Source of the DNA: Terriglobia bacterium
GTDB taxonomy: Bacteria; Acidobacteriota; Terriglobia; Versatilivoradales; Versatilivoraceae
DNA length: 62,746 bases
Assembly (NCBI GenBank): GCA_041476565.1
Contig: JBGOTQ010000004.1
Span: 1-62,746 of the forward strand
Reading direction: 5' to 3'
The translations under genes were made by a program, and so were the position numbers. A model generated the notes under the pieces. The model was not told the origin of the DNA and did not search any database. It saw nothing but the letters and a program-made list of their open reading frames with translations. Below are positions 20,257-30,555 of the stretch, in pieces (position 1 is the stretch's first letter; the number at the start of each line of letters is the position of its first letter).

Positions 20257-21873
20257 ATGGGCTTTGCGCTTGCTGTGATCTGGCCGCAGCCGCTTGACCC
20301 GCTCCATTCCATTGCGCTGTCCGCGCTTGTAGCTGCGATTCCCCTGATCCTGGTACTCGTTTTGATGGGAGGCTTTCGCAAGAGCGGCCTGTTCGCCTCG
20401 GTGTGTGGGCTGGGTACGGCGGGATTGCTGGCGATACTCATCTGGCACATGCCGTTGGCCCTTGTCCTGTGGAGCGCTGTCTATGGGTTCATCTATGCGG
20501 TCTGGCCGATTCTGTGGATTGTCTTCGGCGGCCTCTGGCTCTACAACCTCACGCAAGACACGGGCAAATTTGAGCTGCTTCGCCGCTGGATGGAAGAACA
20601 TGCCTCCGGAGACCCCTGTATCCAGGCGATTCTGGTGGCTTTCTGCTTCGGGGCGCTCCTGGAAGGCAGCGCCGGCTTCGGAACACCGGTTGCGGTAACC
20701 GCCTGTCTGCTCGCCGGTCTCGGTCTTGAAGCGCGCCAGGCGGTCATTGTCGCGCTGATTGCGAACACGGCACCGGTAGCCTTCGGAGGGTTGGGCCTTC
20801 CCATTGTTGCGCTGGCCGGAGTAACGGGGCTTGACCTCTACCAGCTCTCTTCCATGGCAGGAAGACAGGTTCCTTTTCTCTCCTTCATTCTTCCGGCTTA
20901 CCTCGTGTGGGTAATCGCGCGGGGCAAGGGCTTGCGACGAACCTGGCCGGCAGCACTGGTTGCTGGTAGCACCTTCGCCCTTGCTCAATTCCTGGTGTCG
21001 AACCTGTGGGGGCCCTACGCAACAGACATTATCGCCGCATCGGCTTCGATTGCTGCCCTGATAGCCTTCCTTCGCCTCTGGACCCCGGGGGGTGCAACCC
21101 AAAAGCAGTTGGGCGAGGGAGTTCCTGCCCCCCTTGCCCTCTCCCTCAGACAGGCCTTTGCGGCCTGGCTGCCCTGGGTCATGCTCTCCGTCGTGATGGT
21201 CTTGTGGTCTTACCTCAAGCTCTTCCAGGTAGGCCAGATCACTACTCCAATTCCTATGCTCCACAACAGCGTTCTTATTACCCTTTACCAAAAACCCTAC
21301 TCGGCTCTTTATTCCTTCCAGCCTCTTGGCATAGGGACCGCGGTTCTCACCGCGACGGCGCTGACGGCACTGTGCTTTGGAGTTCGCGGCCAGGTCTTAC
21401 AGAAGTCTGGATCCAAGACGCTGCGCCAGTTGCGACTTCCCGGCCTGACCGTCATGATGATTGTCGGCCTGGCTTACCTTTACAACTATTCGGGAATGGC
21501 CTACACGCTGGGGGCAGCTGTGGCCCGGATAGGCCCGGCCTTTCCATTAGTAAGTAGCTACCTGGGTTGGATGGCCTGTTTCCTCAGTGGCAGTGATACC
21601 GCCAGCAACCTGCTATTCGGCAATCTGCAAGTGGCAGCAGCTCACCAGCTCCATCTCAGCCCTGTGTTGTTGGCTGCCACGAATTCTTCGGGAGCGGTCA
21701 CCGGGAAAATGATCTCACCTCAAAATATAGCGGTTGGGGTCACGACCGTCGGCCTGATCGGCCAGGAGGGCAGAATCCTGCGCGGCACTTTCTGGCACAG
21801 TATCCTGCTTGCTCTAATGCTCGGCCTTGTGGCTTTGGCGCAGGCTTACTGGCTACCGGGGATGGTCCCTTAG
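20257..21873 (+). CDS. lctP: L-lactate/glycolate permease
   Basis: Polytopic membrane protein with LEGSAGFGTP, ANTAPVAFG, GSDTASN and GKMISPQNI. Confidence 0.9.
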   Translation: MGFALAVIWPQPLDPLHSIALSALVAAIPLILVLVLMGGFRKSGLFASVCGLGTAGLLAILIWHMPLALVLWSAVYGFIYAVWPILWIVFGGLWLYNLTQDTGKFELLRRWMEEHASGDPCIQAILVAFCFGALLEGSAGFGTPVAVTACLLAGLGLEARQAVIVALIANTAPVAFGGLGLPIVALAGVTGLDLYQLSSMAGRQVPFLSFILPAYLVWVIARGKGLRRTWPAALVAGSTFALAQFLVSNLWGPYATDIIAASASIAALIAFLRLWTPGGATQKQLGEGVPAPLALSLRQAFAAWLPWVMLSVVMVLWSYLKLFQVGQITTPIPMLHNSVLITLYQKPYSALYSFQPLGIGTAVLTATALTALCFGVRGQVLQKSGSKTLRQLRLPGLTVMMIVGLAYLYNYSGMAYTLGAAVARIGPAFPLVSSYLGWMACFLSGSDTASNLLFGNLQVAAAHQLHLSPVLLAATNSSGAVTGKMISPQNIAVGVTTVGLIGQEGRILRGTFWHSILLALMLGLVALAQAYWLPGMVP

Positions 21874-21912
21874 GCAAGGTGAATAAGGATCCCCATGCGT
21901 GAAACGCCATCC

Positions 21913-21993
21913 TGTAGGGCGCTTTTATAAAGCGCCATCTCAGCGCCGGTTGATACAACCGCCCTACCCCCCCCTCCAAGACTGACCCGGTAC
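21913..21993. repeat. GTAG-type REP pair abutting an IS66-like inverted-repeat end
   Basis: TGTAGGGCG..CGCCCTAC inverted pair, then AGACTGACCCGGTAC (21979-21993); related copy at 40828-40875. Confidence 0.65.
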
Positions 21994-22047
21994 CCCAAGC
22001 ATTGACGCCTCCTTGCCGGACGGGCACGATCATGGCAGAATACCGCG

Positions 22048-22884
22048 ATGCTACCCAGGCAACCTTCACCCGTTCCCGATTTCCTCTACGGCACCGCCTG
22101 GAAGGAAGACCGCACCCCGGGCCTCACCGAGCTCGCACTCCGGATGGGCTTTCGAGGCATCGACACGGCTAATCAGCGGTGGCATTACTTCGAAGCCGGG
22201 GTGGGTCAGGGGTTGGCTGCTGCCTATCGCGCGGGGGTGGCAACGCGCGCAGATCTTTTTCTGCAGACCAAATTCACCTATCAGTCCGGTCAGGACCACC
22301 GGCTGCCCTACGATCCCGCGGCCAGCCTTTCCGTTCAGGTCGCTCAGTCGATGGCCAGTTCGCTCGAACATCTCGGGACCGACTATGTCGACAGCTACGT
22401 GCTGCACGGGCCCTCCTCCCGTTTCGACTGGACCGATACTGACGTCACGGCCTGGGAGGCGATGATGAAGGAGCGCGATGCGGGCCGCACGCGTCTCCTC
22501 GGTGTGAGCAATGTTTCCCTGCAGCAACTTGAGCAGATGACGGCTGTCCACGCCGAGACCCCTGCATTTGTGCAAAACCGCTGCTTCGCCCGCCTCGGCT
22601 GGGACCGCGATGTACGCTTGTTCTGCAGGGAGCGAAAGATCATCTATCAGGGCTTCTCGCTTCTCACCGCGAATGCGGAGGTGCTGCGCCATCCTCTGGT
22701 CACCGGCCTCGCCGCGCGCGCTAACGTTACTCCGGCTCAGGTTGTGTTCGGCTTCGCGCGCACGGTCGGGATGCTGCCGATGACCGGCACCACCGACGCC
22801 GGGCACATGGAGCAGGACCTGGCCAGTCTCACCCTGGCGCTCTCGCCGGACGCGGTGCGGACGATTGAGTCTCTGGCCGGCTGA
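22048..22884 (+). CDS. Aldo/keto reductase (short 2,5-DKG reductase-like)
   Basis: YGTAWK, GIDTAN, LFLQTKF, LGVSN. Confidence 0.88.
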   Translation: MLPRQPSPVPDFLYGTAWKEDRTPGLTELALRMGFRGIDTANQRWHYFEAGVGQGLAAAYRAGVATRADLFLQTKFTYQSGQDHRLPYDPAASLSVQVAQSMASSLEHLGTDYVDSYVLHGPSSRFDWTDTDVTAWEAMMKERDAGRTRLLGVSNVSLQQLEQMTAVHAETPAFVQNRCFARLGWDRDVRLFCRERKIIYQGFSLLTANAEVLRHPLVTGLAARANVTPAQVVFGFARTVGMLPMTGTTDAGHMEQDLASLTLALSPDAVRTIESLAG

Positions 22885-23020
22885 CTGCCGGAGCCTATAC
22901 ATGAGACGAACGATGAGTCGTTCAGCGCGTCGGTAAACAACTAATCGTCGGACTACGGCCGCCCGCGTCCGCAGCAACAAGAATGTGAAATATGTTTCAC
23001 CTGTTCGTCAAATAGCGTAA

Positions 23021-23050
23021 TTGACAAATAGTCAGAGTAAATGCTAAGTA
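23021..23050 (+). promoter_or_regulatory. Candidate sigma70 promoter, probably leaderless
   Basis: TTGACA (23021-23026), 18-bp spacer, TGcTAAGTA 7 nt before ATG 23058; no RBS. Confidence 0.4.
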
Positions 23051-23057
23051 TGGTTGC

Positions 23058-24206
23058 ATGATTGAACGACCCTACTGGCTCGAACGGATAGAACAAGCGT
23101 GGAAGGAAGCTCCCATCGCCTGGTTGGCCGGAGTCCGGCGCGTGGGGAAGACGATCCTGGCACAGAGCCTGGGCCAGGATCAAACTCTTTACGTGAACTG
23201 CGATCTTCCAATGGCCCGGGAGATGGTCGCGACCCCGGAACTCTTCTACCGGAACTGTGACCGCCCCGTCGTGGTTTTCGACGAAGTTCATCAACTGAAG
23301 GATCCTAGCCAGGTTCTCAAGATCGGGGCCGACCATTTTCCATCGATCAGGATTCTGGCAACCGGCTCCTCGACGTTGTCGGCCAGCCGAAAGTTTCGCG
23401 ATACCCTGACAGGTCGCAAGCGGCTCATCCACCTCACTCCGGTTCTGTGGAGTGAGCTGCAGGCCTTTGAGAATGCTTCCCTGCTGAAGCGTCTTTACCA
23501 TGGCGGTCTGCCCCAGGCTCTGCTGGCCAGGTCAAAAGCACCAGACTTTTACAGGGAGTGGCTGGATTCCTTCTTCGCTCGGGACATCCAAATGTTGTTC
23601 CGCTTTCGCGAGCCGGACAAATTTAACGCTCTTTTTGATTACGTCATGAGGCAGAGTGGAGGATTGCTGGAGATTGCGCGAACGGCCAGTGCGCTGGGCA
23701 TCAGCCGGCCCACGATAGACACGCACCTGCGGGCTTTGGAAACGACTCATGCGTTGACGCTGCTGCGGCCTTTCTTCGGCGGCGGTCAGAAAGAGATCGT
23801 GAAGACGCCTAAGATTTATGGGTTCGATACGGGGTTCGTGAGTTTCTGCCGCGGCTGGGATCCATTGCGCTCGGAGGACTACGGGGTTCTTTGGGAGCAT
23901 CTGGTCCTGGAGTATCTTCAGTCCCGCAGGTCGGCCTGGAAGATTTTTTATTGGCGGGATACGGCGGGCCGCGAAGTTGACTATGTGATCCCCCGCAGCC
24001 GCGATGAAGTCGACCTGATTGAATGCAAATGGAACCCTTCGTCTTTTGACCCCACTGCTGTCAAGGTGTTTCGCTCTCACTATCCGAAAGGGAAAAACTA
24101 CCTGCTGACGCCCCAGGCGACGCAAGCCTATGGCAGGCGGGTTGCCGGGCTTGACCTGTTTGTCTGCGATCCGGACGGATGGTGGAAGAAGAGCGAGGGA
24201 GGTTGA
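23058..24206 (+). CDS. AAA_14 ATPase with DUF4143 (PD-(D/E)XK-like) C-terminus
   Basis: GVRRVGKT, FDEVH, TGSS, GGLPQ, YWRD..EVD..IECK. Confidence 0.9.
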   Translation: MIERPYWLERIEQAWKEAPIAWLAGVRRVGKTILAQSLGQDQTLYVNCDLPMAREMVATPELFYRNCDRPVVVFDEVHQLKDPSQVLKIGADHFPSIRILATGSSTLSASRKFRDTLTGRKRLIHLTPVLWSELQAFENASLLKRLYHGGLPQALLARSKAPDFYREWLDSFFARDIQMLFRFREPDKFNALFDYVMRQSGGLLEIARTASALGISRPTIDTHLRALETTHALTLLRPFFGGGQKEIVKTPKIYGFDTGFVSFCRGWDPLRSEDYGVLWEHLVLEYLQSRRSAWKIFYWRDTAGREVDYVIPRSRDEVDLIECKWNPSSFDPTAVKVFRSHYPKGKNYLLTPQATQAYGRRVAGLDLFVCDPDGWWKKSEGG

Positions 24207-24337
24207 AGTGAGGAGAACCTTGCTGGGCAAATAGGGTCCCAAAATGACAGCTGGCACTTCACGAATACAGGTACTGCCCATCGGTAGGTGCCAGCTTCCG
24301 GGTGACACTCGTTCAAGCGCTTACTTTTTGACCCCTC

Positions 24338-24709
24338 TCATTTCTTCAATTCAATGACGAGAGCCCGACTCTCGGTTGTCCCGATGTTTTCGGCACCGTG
24401 GGTCTCGGGCTCTGACCATCGAGTTGCACCGGCCTTGATTTCACGCTCTTCGCTCTTGCCGTCAGGCGAAGTGTACTTCATCTTTCCACTAGTCAAGGAA
24501 TAGACAATAGTGGCTGGGTGCGAATGCATCTCCAGCTTTTCGCCCGGTTTGATTATCACTCGGGTCACTCGCACACGATCATTGTCAAGCAGCACCTTGC
24601 AGTTGTTGGGGGCCACCTTCACCATGTCTTGCGCCCGCAGGGTCGGGATTGCAAGGACCAGGAAGGCTATACAGACAATACTACTGGACACACACCTTAC
24701 GTGTTTCAT
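24338..24709 (-). CDS. Secreted cupin-domain protein
   Basis: Signal peptide; MHSHP and THGAEN; AGGAGG RBS. Confidence 0.85.
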   Translation of the reverse strand: MKHVRCVSSSIVCIAFLVLAIPTLRAQDMVKVAPNNCKVLLDNDRVRVTRVIIKPGEKLEMHSHPATIVYSLTSGKMKYTSPDGKSEEREIKAGATRWSEPETHGAENIGTTESRALVIELKK

Positions 24710-24973
24710 GGGAATACTCCTCCTTGTTTTATTGATTGGGATTGTCTGGCTGTCTTATATCCTGATCTTGGGAGGTTGTCAACCTCTGCTACAATCTCTG
24801 GGTCTCTGTGCCCCTGCGGTCAAATATTCGCTGGATCTGGTAGCACTCGTGCGGTACCATCGCCGCCCTTCTGAGCACGGACGGGCTGATGTCCACCCGG
24901 ACCTACTCAGATGCACAAGCAGGTGCCTCAGAGTAAGCTTCACTTCGGCGAAGTTTCTTGGCATTATCACGCA

Positions 24974-26986
24974 ATGGAAACACCACCTGAACTAGCCCAC
25001 ACCGCAGGGGTATCGTCCCGAGCCTGGTATGAGGCATCCATTGCTGAATTCCTGCAAACCCAACCCGACACCATTGTTGGACGACTGGCCAGAAACAGCG
25101 ACTTCTCTCTTCTTTCAACACAGAAGGATGCTTGGCTGGCACAGATTGACTTGCTGCAAGCGCGCCTCGGCGGTTTAAAGGGCTCTTTGTTTTTCGAGTT
25201 CAACATCCCACGCATGGGCCGTCGGATTGATTCGGTCCTACTGGTCGGCCCTGTAATATTTGTGATCGAGTTCAAAGTTGGCGAAACCGCGTTTGAGCGT
25301 GCAGCAGTGGATCAGGTGTGGGATTACGCTTTGGACCTGAAGAATTTTCATGAAGCCAGCCATTCCGTTTCCATAGGTCCAATTCTCATCGCCACTGGAG
25401 CCACGACATCGGCGCCGTTGAAACTTAATGCCGACGGGGACATGGTTTATCACCCAATTCTTGTGCATCCTTCCGGCTTTCGCGAAGCGGTCAATCTGAC
25501 TCTGCGAACCGTAGAGGGCGAAGTGGTCGATGAGCGACGATGGTCCCGCGCTCCTTATCATCCCACCCCCACCATCGTGGAAGCCGCGCTGGCTCTTTAT
25601 GCACAGCATTCGGTCGAAGCCATTGCGCGTTACGATGCGGGAGCACAGAACCTGCGCGTCACATCTTGCCGCATAGAGGAACTGATGGACGAAGCGAAAG
25701 CTCAAAGGCGCAAACTTATTTGCTTTGTCACAGGTGTGCCCGGAGCCGGCAAAACACTGGTCGGGCTGAACGTTGCCACCCGACGCCGAGACGTGGATCA
25801 ACCGACGCACGCTGTATTTCTCTCAGGGAACGGTCCGCTTGTCGCTGTGCTCCGCGAAGCACTCACCCGTGACGAGGTTGAACGTCAAAAGAAAAATAGC
25901 ATTCGAGTGCGGAAGGGGAAAGTTGCCGAGAGCATCAAAGCTTTCATCCAGAACGTTCATCACTTTCGCGACGAAGCCTTGATTGACTCAGCGCCTCCGG
26001 CGGAACACGTTGCCATCTTCGATGAGGCGCAACGTGCGTGGAACCTGCGGCAAACCGCGAACTTCATGCGTCGCAAAAAGAATCGCCTCGGGTTTTCCCA
26101 CTCAGAGCCTGAGTTCCTGATTTCGTATATGGATCGACATACAGATTGGGCTGTCATCATTTGCCTTGTCGGTGGCGGGCAGGAGATCAACACGGGTGAA
26201 GCCGGAATCGATGCCTGGCTTGAAGCGGTGAACTCGCGATTCCCGCAATGGCATATGTACATCTCATCGAGACTAACCGACAGCGAGTATGCGGCTGGCA
26301 GGGCTTTGGAAGCCGTGCGCCGGCGACCGAATACTCACTTGGATGATTGCCTACATCTCGCAGTATCAATGAGATCGTTCCGAGCTGAGAACGTTTCGGC
26401 CTTCGTCAAGGCACTACTTGATTGCGAAAAACATCTCGCGTACGAGGCTTTCGCAGGACTTGTTGACCGCTATCCGATCGCTGTCACCCGCGATTTGAGT
26501 CTGGCCAAGCAGTGGGTTCGCGCCCATGCCAGAGGAACGGAAAGGTTTGGGTTGGTCGCCTCATCGAAGGCCCAACGTCTCAAACCTCATGCGATTGATA
26601 TTCGCGTTGAGGTTAATCCGGTGCATTGGTTTCTCAACGGGAAGGAGGATACGCGTTCAAGCTACTATCTAGAAGACGCCGCAACAGAGTTTCAGGTGCA
26701 GGGCTTGGAACTCGACTGGGCGTGTGTTACCTGGGATGGCGACCTGCGTTTCAGGGGTTCCGGATGGAGCTTTCATGACTTCCGCGGTGATCAGTGGTGC
26801 AATATCGCGAATCTAGACAACCGGCGCTATCTCCTGAACGCTTACAGAGTTCTACTCACTCGCGCTCGACAAGGAATGGTAATTTTTGTCCCGCCGGGTA
26901 ACCTGAGCGATCCTACTCGGTCGCCTGAATTCTACGATTCAACTTTCTACTTTCTTAACGAGGTTGGCATTCCGGTACTGGCCTGA
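24974..26986 (+). CDS. DUF2075 (Schlafen group 3-like) nuclease-helicase
   Basis: N-terminal RRID..VIEFK nuclease-like motif; GVPGAGKT, DEAQR, QGLELDW, YRVLLTRAR. Confidence 0.9.
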   Translation: METPPELAHTAGVSSRAWYEASIAEFLQTQPDTIVGRLARNSDFSLLSTQKDAWLAQIDLLQARLGGLKGSLFFEFNIPRMGRRIDSVLLVGPVIFVIEFKVGETAFERAAVDQVWDYALDLKNFHEASHSVSIGPILIATGATTSAPLKLNADGDMVYHPILVHPSGFREAVNLTLRTVEGEVVDERRWSRAPYHPTPTIVEAALALYAQHSVEAIARYDAGAQNLRVTSCRIEELMDEAKAQRRKLICFVTGVPGAGKTLVGLNVATRRRDVDQPTHAVFLSGNGPLVAVLREALTRDEVERQKKNSIRVRKGKVAESIKAFIQNVHHFRDEALIDSAPPAEHVAIFDEAQRAWNLRQTANFMRRKKNRLGFSHSEPEFLISYMDRHTDWAVIICLVGGGQEINTGEAGIDAWLEAVNSRFPQWHMYISSRLTDSEYAAGRALEAVRRRPNTHLDDCLHLAVSMRSFRAENVSAFVKALLDCEKHLAYEAFAGLVDRYPIAVTRDLSLAKQWVRAHARGTERFGLVASSKAQRLKPHAIDIRVEVNPVHWFLNGKEDTRSSYYLEDAATEFQVQGLELDWACVTWDGDLRFRGSGWSFHDFRGDQWCNIANLDNRRYLLNAYRVLLTRARQGMVIFVPPGNLSDPTRSPEFYDSTFYFLNEVGIPVLA

Positions 26987-27156
26987 CCCTTCCTCGCAGC
27001 CGTTCTTGCGGCCGCAGCTGTCTAACCTAGGGCGACGGTGGCGCAGTTGATCTTTTGACTTTTCGGGGTGGGGGATTAGTGCGGCTGTGGGTCGATGCTT
27101 GTACCGCTGCCACGGCTCCCGCAGCTTGATAGCCCCACAAATGCTGCAACAGATTC

Positions 27157-27808
27157 TCACTCTCTGTCTTCATTTCCCATCAATTTGCGCATCAGACCTG
27201 GAATTTCCCGCATTCTCTCCAGTTGTTCCGGGATCTCGTGCCGTTCCTTGGCCAGCCAGGAGAGCACCTGGCAGATCGCAAAGGCATTGTCTGCAGGTAC
27301 CCACGAACCGGACACTGCGTGGGTGGGTTCCATCGCTTTTTCAGAAGGAAGGCCTTTTTCGAAGCCAAGAGGAAACCGGCAGTCCCGACCTGTACGGGAA
27401 ATGCAATAGGTGCGTGCTGCCAGTTTGACTCCCCATTTCGCCCTGTTCGGTTAATCGCAGGTAGGCGCGAACTTGTTCGAGACGGATCCCAACTTTCGTG
27501 AGAGCGTTCAGGGCTGTCGAAAACACCGCGCGGTGCTGGACCAGACGATAGTTTTTCGAGACAACTCTTACCGGGAGGGGTGCCTCGCCCGGTATAGCGG
27601 GATCTCGGACCACCAATTTCAGACGGCTATTAACCGAACAGGCACTACCCTCATTGAAACTGAAAGGAAGAGTGGCAAAGGAGGGAATCCGGGTGCTGAC
27701 TTCGTCGATCGTCCCCTCGAACTCTTTGACGTTCATGCCCTGCCAACGGGGAAACGGTTTGTCGTTGGCATTGCTTGAGTTATTTGGCGATTCCCTTTTC
27801 ATGTACAT
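27157..27808 (-). pseudogene. DUF932/DUF945-like gene with internal deletion and frameshift
   Basis: N-part VVSKNYRLVQH; at ~27435 another frame reads KWGVKLAARTY..QVLSWLAKER..EIPGLM to a stop at 27157. Confidence 0.55.
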
Positions 27809-28126
27809 CGAGGCACCTCGATAATTGGCGACAGTTTCCATCCCCATGGCGGGGTAACTAAAAACTTACCGCAGAGGCGCAGAGACGCAGAGAAATCATC
27901 ACTATGGTTGCATTGATTCCGCCGATGATTATCGCCGTAGAGCACGCCTCTGCCTCCCTCTTGCGGTACAGGATTCCAGCAGTCAGGTCGATAAGAACCC
28001 TGCAGGGAGTCCTTGCTCATCCAGTTACCTGCAATCTCCTCGAGACTCCCGTTGCCAGGAAAGCCTGCGGCCACTCAGAACATAACACCCGTTCGTTCCA
28101 GATGCCGGAACGGGAAGAAAAAATCA

Positions 28127-28376
28127 GGGGCTAGAGGGGAAGGAAATACAGGGGCTCGGGATTAGGGGATAGGGGCTAGAAATAAGGATAAAGGATGAAG
28201 AGTGAAGGATGAATGCAGGTAAAAGAGAGGCCCTTAGTTGAAAGAGGGACATCCCCCTGGCCGCTGGAGCGGCCTTCCCCCTTCGTCCAAAGGGGGAATA
28301 ACAGGGACCAGAAAAATCAGAGGGAAAGGGCGAAGGGGGTCGCGAGTGGACGCGGATTAACACGGATGAACACAGA
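28127..28376. repeat. Short-period degenerate repeats (7-nt and 9-nt units)
   Basis: GGGGCTAG/GGGATTA and AAGGATG/A units at 28127-28215; CGCGGATTAACACGGATGAACACAG at ~28351-28375. Confidence 0.6.
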
Positions 28377-28429
28377 AACTGAGCCTTGTATATGGGGATT
28401 GGCTCAGGAAAGCCAGGGTTGCGATAGAG

Positions 28430-29494
28430 GTGCCTATGCCTGAGAAGAAAGATGCTTATTCTACACCGGCCATGAAGGTCCTGCGGCTGTACATCCTTCT
28501 GTTGTTCAGCGGTCGGAAGTACTCCCTGGCAGAGCTGGCCCGTAAGTTCGACTGCTCCAAGCAGACCGTCCTGCGCATGATGGAACAGATCAACCTGAGC
28601 AAGTTTGAGCAGGTAGATAGCTGGGAAGAGGAGGGGCGCCGGTATTTCCGGGCCAAAACTCCACCCCAGCGGCCCAACCTGGCACTGGACGTTGAGGCCA
28701 TCCAACACCTCCTGTTATGCCGTGACATTGTCTGGCACATCTTCCCCCCGGCCTTGCGCCAGGAGATCGAACAGACCATTGCCCAGACCACGGTGCTTCT
28801 GCCGGATTTCAACCAACGGTCCGAAGCGCTGACCAGCCTTGCCCGCAACCATGCCAAGGGAAGTATCGACTATTCCCGCCATCAGGAAATCCTGAAGTCT
28901 TTGCTCGATGCCATCCAGAAGAAGCGGATCTGCCAGGTCGTCTACCGCTCCAGTTCTGCCCGGAAGATTCAAGAATTGCGAATAGCCCCGTTGAAACTGG
29001 TTGCGTACCACGATGGGCTGTTTGTTCGCGCACGCCTGGAAGAGTCTCTTGCCAACCCTGAACGCAACATCGACCGGATACTGGCGGTTCACCGGATCGT
29101 GAGCCTCCAGAAGACCGATAAGACATTCCAGGTTCCGGTGGATCGAAAGAAACAGGCCGGACAGACGTTCGGCTTCATGGAGGGAAAACCCTTTCGTGTC
29201 AAGGTGGCATTCGGGCCCGCAGCTGCCGCTTATGTCTCGGAGCGGACCTGGAGTGACGACCAGAAGTTGAAGAGTCTGCCGGACGGGGGCCTGCTTCTCG
29301 AATTCACGGCCACCAGCCGCCCGGAGGTTCTTTCCTGGGTTTTGAGTTTCAGGAGAGAGGCTCAACTACTGGAGCCAGCAGACATGAGGGAGGAGATGGC
29401 TTCGATAGTAGAAGGGTTGGCAGACGTCTATAGCTCAGGTAGTCCGGAAGTGCCGTCAACTAACGAACGGCCAGGGACGTGGATGATCTCGTGA
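28430..29494 (+). CDS. WYL-domain transcriptional regulator (HTH-WYL-WCX)
   Basis: N-terminal LAELARKFDCSKQTVLR helix-turn-helix; APLKLV..LFV, AVHRI, VSERTW and WVLSF. Confidence 0.9.
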   Translation: MPMPEKKDAYSTPAMKVLRLYILLLFSGRKYSLAELARKFDCSKQTVLRMMEQINLSKFEQVDSWEEEGRRYFRAKTPPQRPNLALDVEAIQHLLLCRDIVWHIFPPALRQEIEQTIAQTTVLLPDFNQRSEALTSLARNHAKGSIDYSRHQEILKSLLDAIQKKRICQVVYRSSSARKIQELRIAPLKLVAYHDGLFVRARLEESLANPERNIDRILAVHRIVSLQKTDKTFQVPVDRKKQAGQTFGFMEGKPFRVKVAFGPAAAAYVSERTWSDDQKLKSLPDGGLLLEFTATSRPEVLSWVLSFRREAQLLEPADMREEMASIVEGLADVYSSGSPEVPSTNERPGTWMIS

Positions 29495-29553
29495 GTGTGG
29501 GGTGATATTCAAGGTTCCTCGGGAGCAGAAGCAAACCTCATCCCCCCCTCCTG

Positions 29554-30185
29554 CCCCTCCCCCGCGCTGTGGATGCGCGGGGGAGGGGAAATTTTTGGCT
29601 TTGCCTTTACCCCCGGGCAGAGCGCCGGCTTCCTGCCGGCGTTCAGCCCGGGGCTACTATCTGGTGTCCCTTCGGGATACTTCTCAAGGAAGGCGGGCAT
29701 CCTGCCCGCCGCCGATTCACTTTCCTCTTTTCGACGGCCGTTGAAGAAATGAATTGGTGACATTCAAACAACATTGAACATCATGGTTGCAGACACCCGT
29801 TGGGAAAGAATGGGGTGGAGAACAATAGAGCTCCCCTCCCCCACGCTGTGGACGCGTGGGGGAGGGGGGCGGCTGGCTGCCGAGTCCCGAGTGTCGCGTC
29901 TCGTTACTCTCTAATTGTGTCTCCGCACGAATCATAAATTACGCGTGTGGGCATGGTTTTGCCCCTCACCCTGGCCCTCTCCCCCAACACAGAAAACGTG
30001 CTGCGGGAGAGGGAACAAATGGCGGGATTGGTGACCCAGGGCGCCCCTTGCGGGGACGGCGGTCCCAAGCTCCTGCCGCGGAGGGCGCCCTGGGCTGGCG
30101 TCTGACGCCCCGCCAGGGCTCTATCAGGAAGAAGCGACCTCCTGCCGCTTCACAAATGTCCAATCTTCAGGGTGTCCCTTTGAGA
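29554..30185. repeat. Cluster of REP-like hairpins
   Basis: Twin 14-bp stem hairpins at 29554-29588 and 29833-29867; CCCTCTCCC..GGGAGAGGG and CCCAGGGCGCCC..GGGCGCCCTGGG palindromes. Confidence 0.75.
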
Positions 30186-30364
30186 CACTTCTCAACGAAG
30201 CTGGGCATCCTACCCGCAACTAATGATTACGATACTATGAACGCAATTCATTTGAGTATTTAGAAGCTCAAGTTGCTGCTGCGGATTGCGCCAAAGACGC
30301 GGGAATCGGATACCTGGGTTACTTACTGAAGAAGAGCCTCTTTTACTGTACTGTTTGTAGATTA

Positions 30365-30555
30365 CTACTTACCGATATCCGGAAGAGAAAAAGCTCGGCA
30401 GATTTTCTTTGCGAGTTGATTGGGATCTCACTGTGACGAGGAACCGCTTCAATATGGCCGGTCTGCGGGTTACACCAAAGTGAATGCTCTTTCCCTTCTC
30501 TCTTAAGGAAACAGCCGTGTTTCCGGAGATATTTCAATAGAACACTCCGCTTCAC
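30365..30555 (-). pseudogene. hicA: HicA toxin with a 1-bp frameshift near the C-terminus
   Basis: REGKEHSLW..VPRHSEI; restoring one A at ~30420 gives NQLAKKICRAFSLPDIGK*. Confidence 0.8.

Noticed and set aside
27015-27060. Possible integron attC (GTCTAAC; also GTTAGGC at ~204 and ~17190)
   Set aside because: Only isolated 7-mers; no paired R/L boxes and no integrase seen
29495-30340. Possible CRISPR array after the WYL gene
   Set aside because: The repeats are palindromes without regular repeat-spacer periodicity, and there are no cas genes
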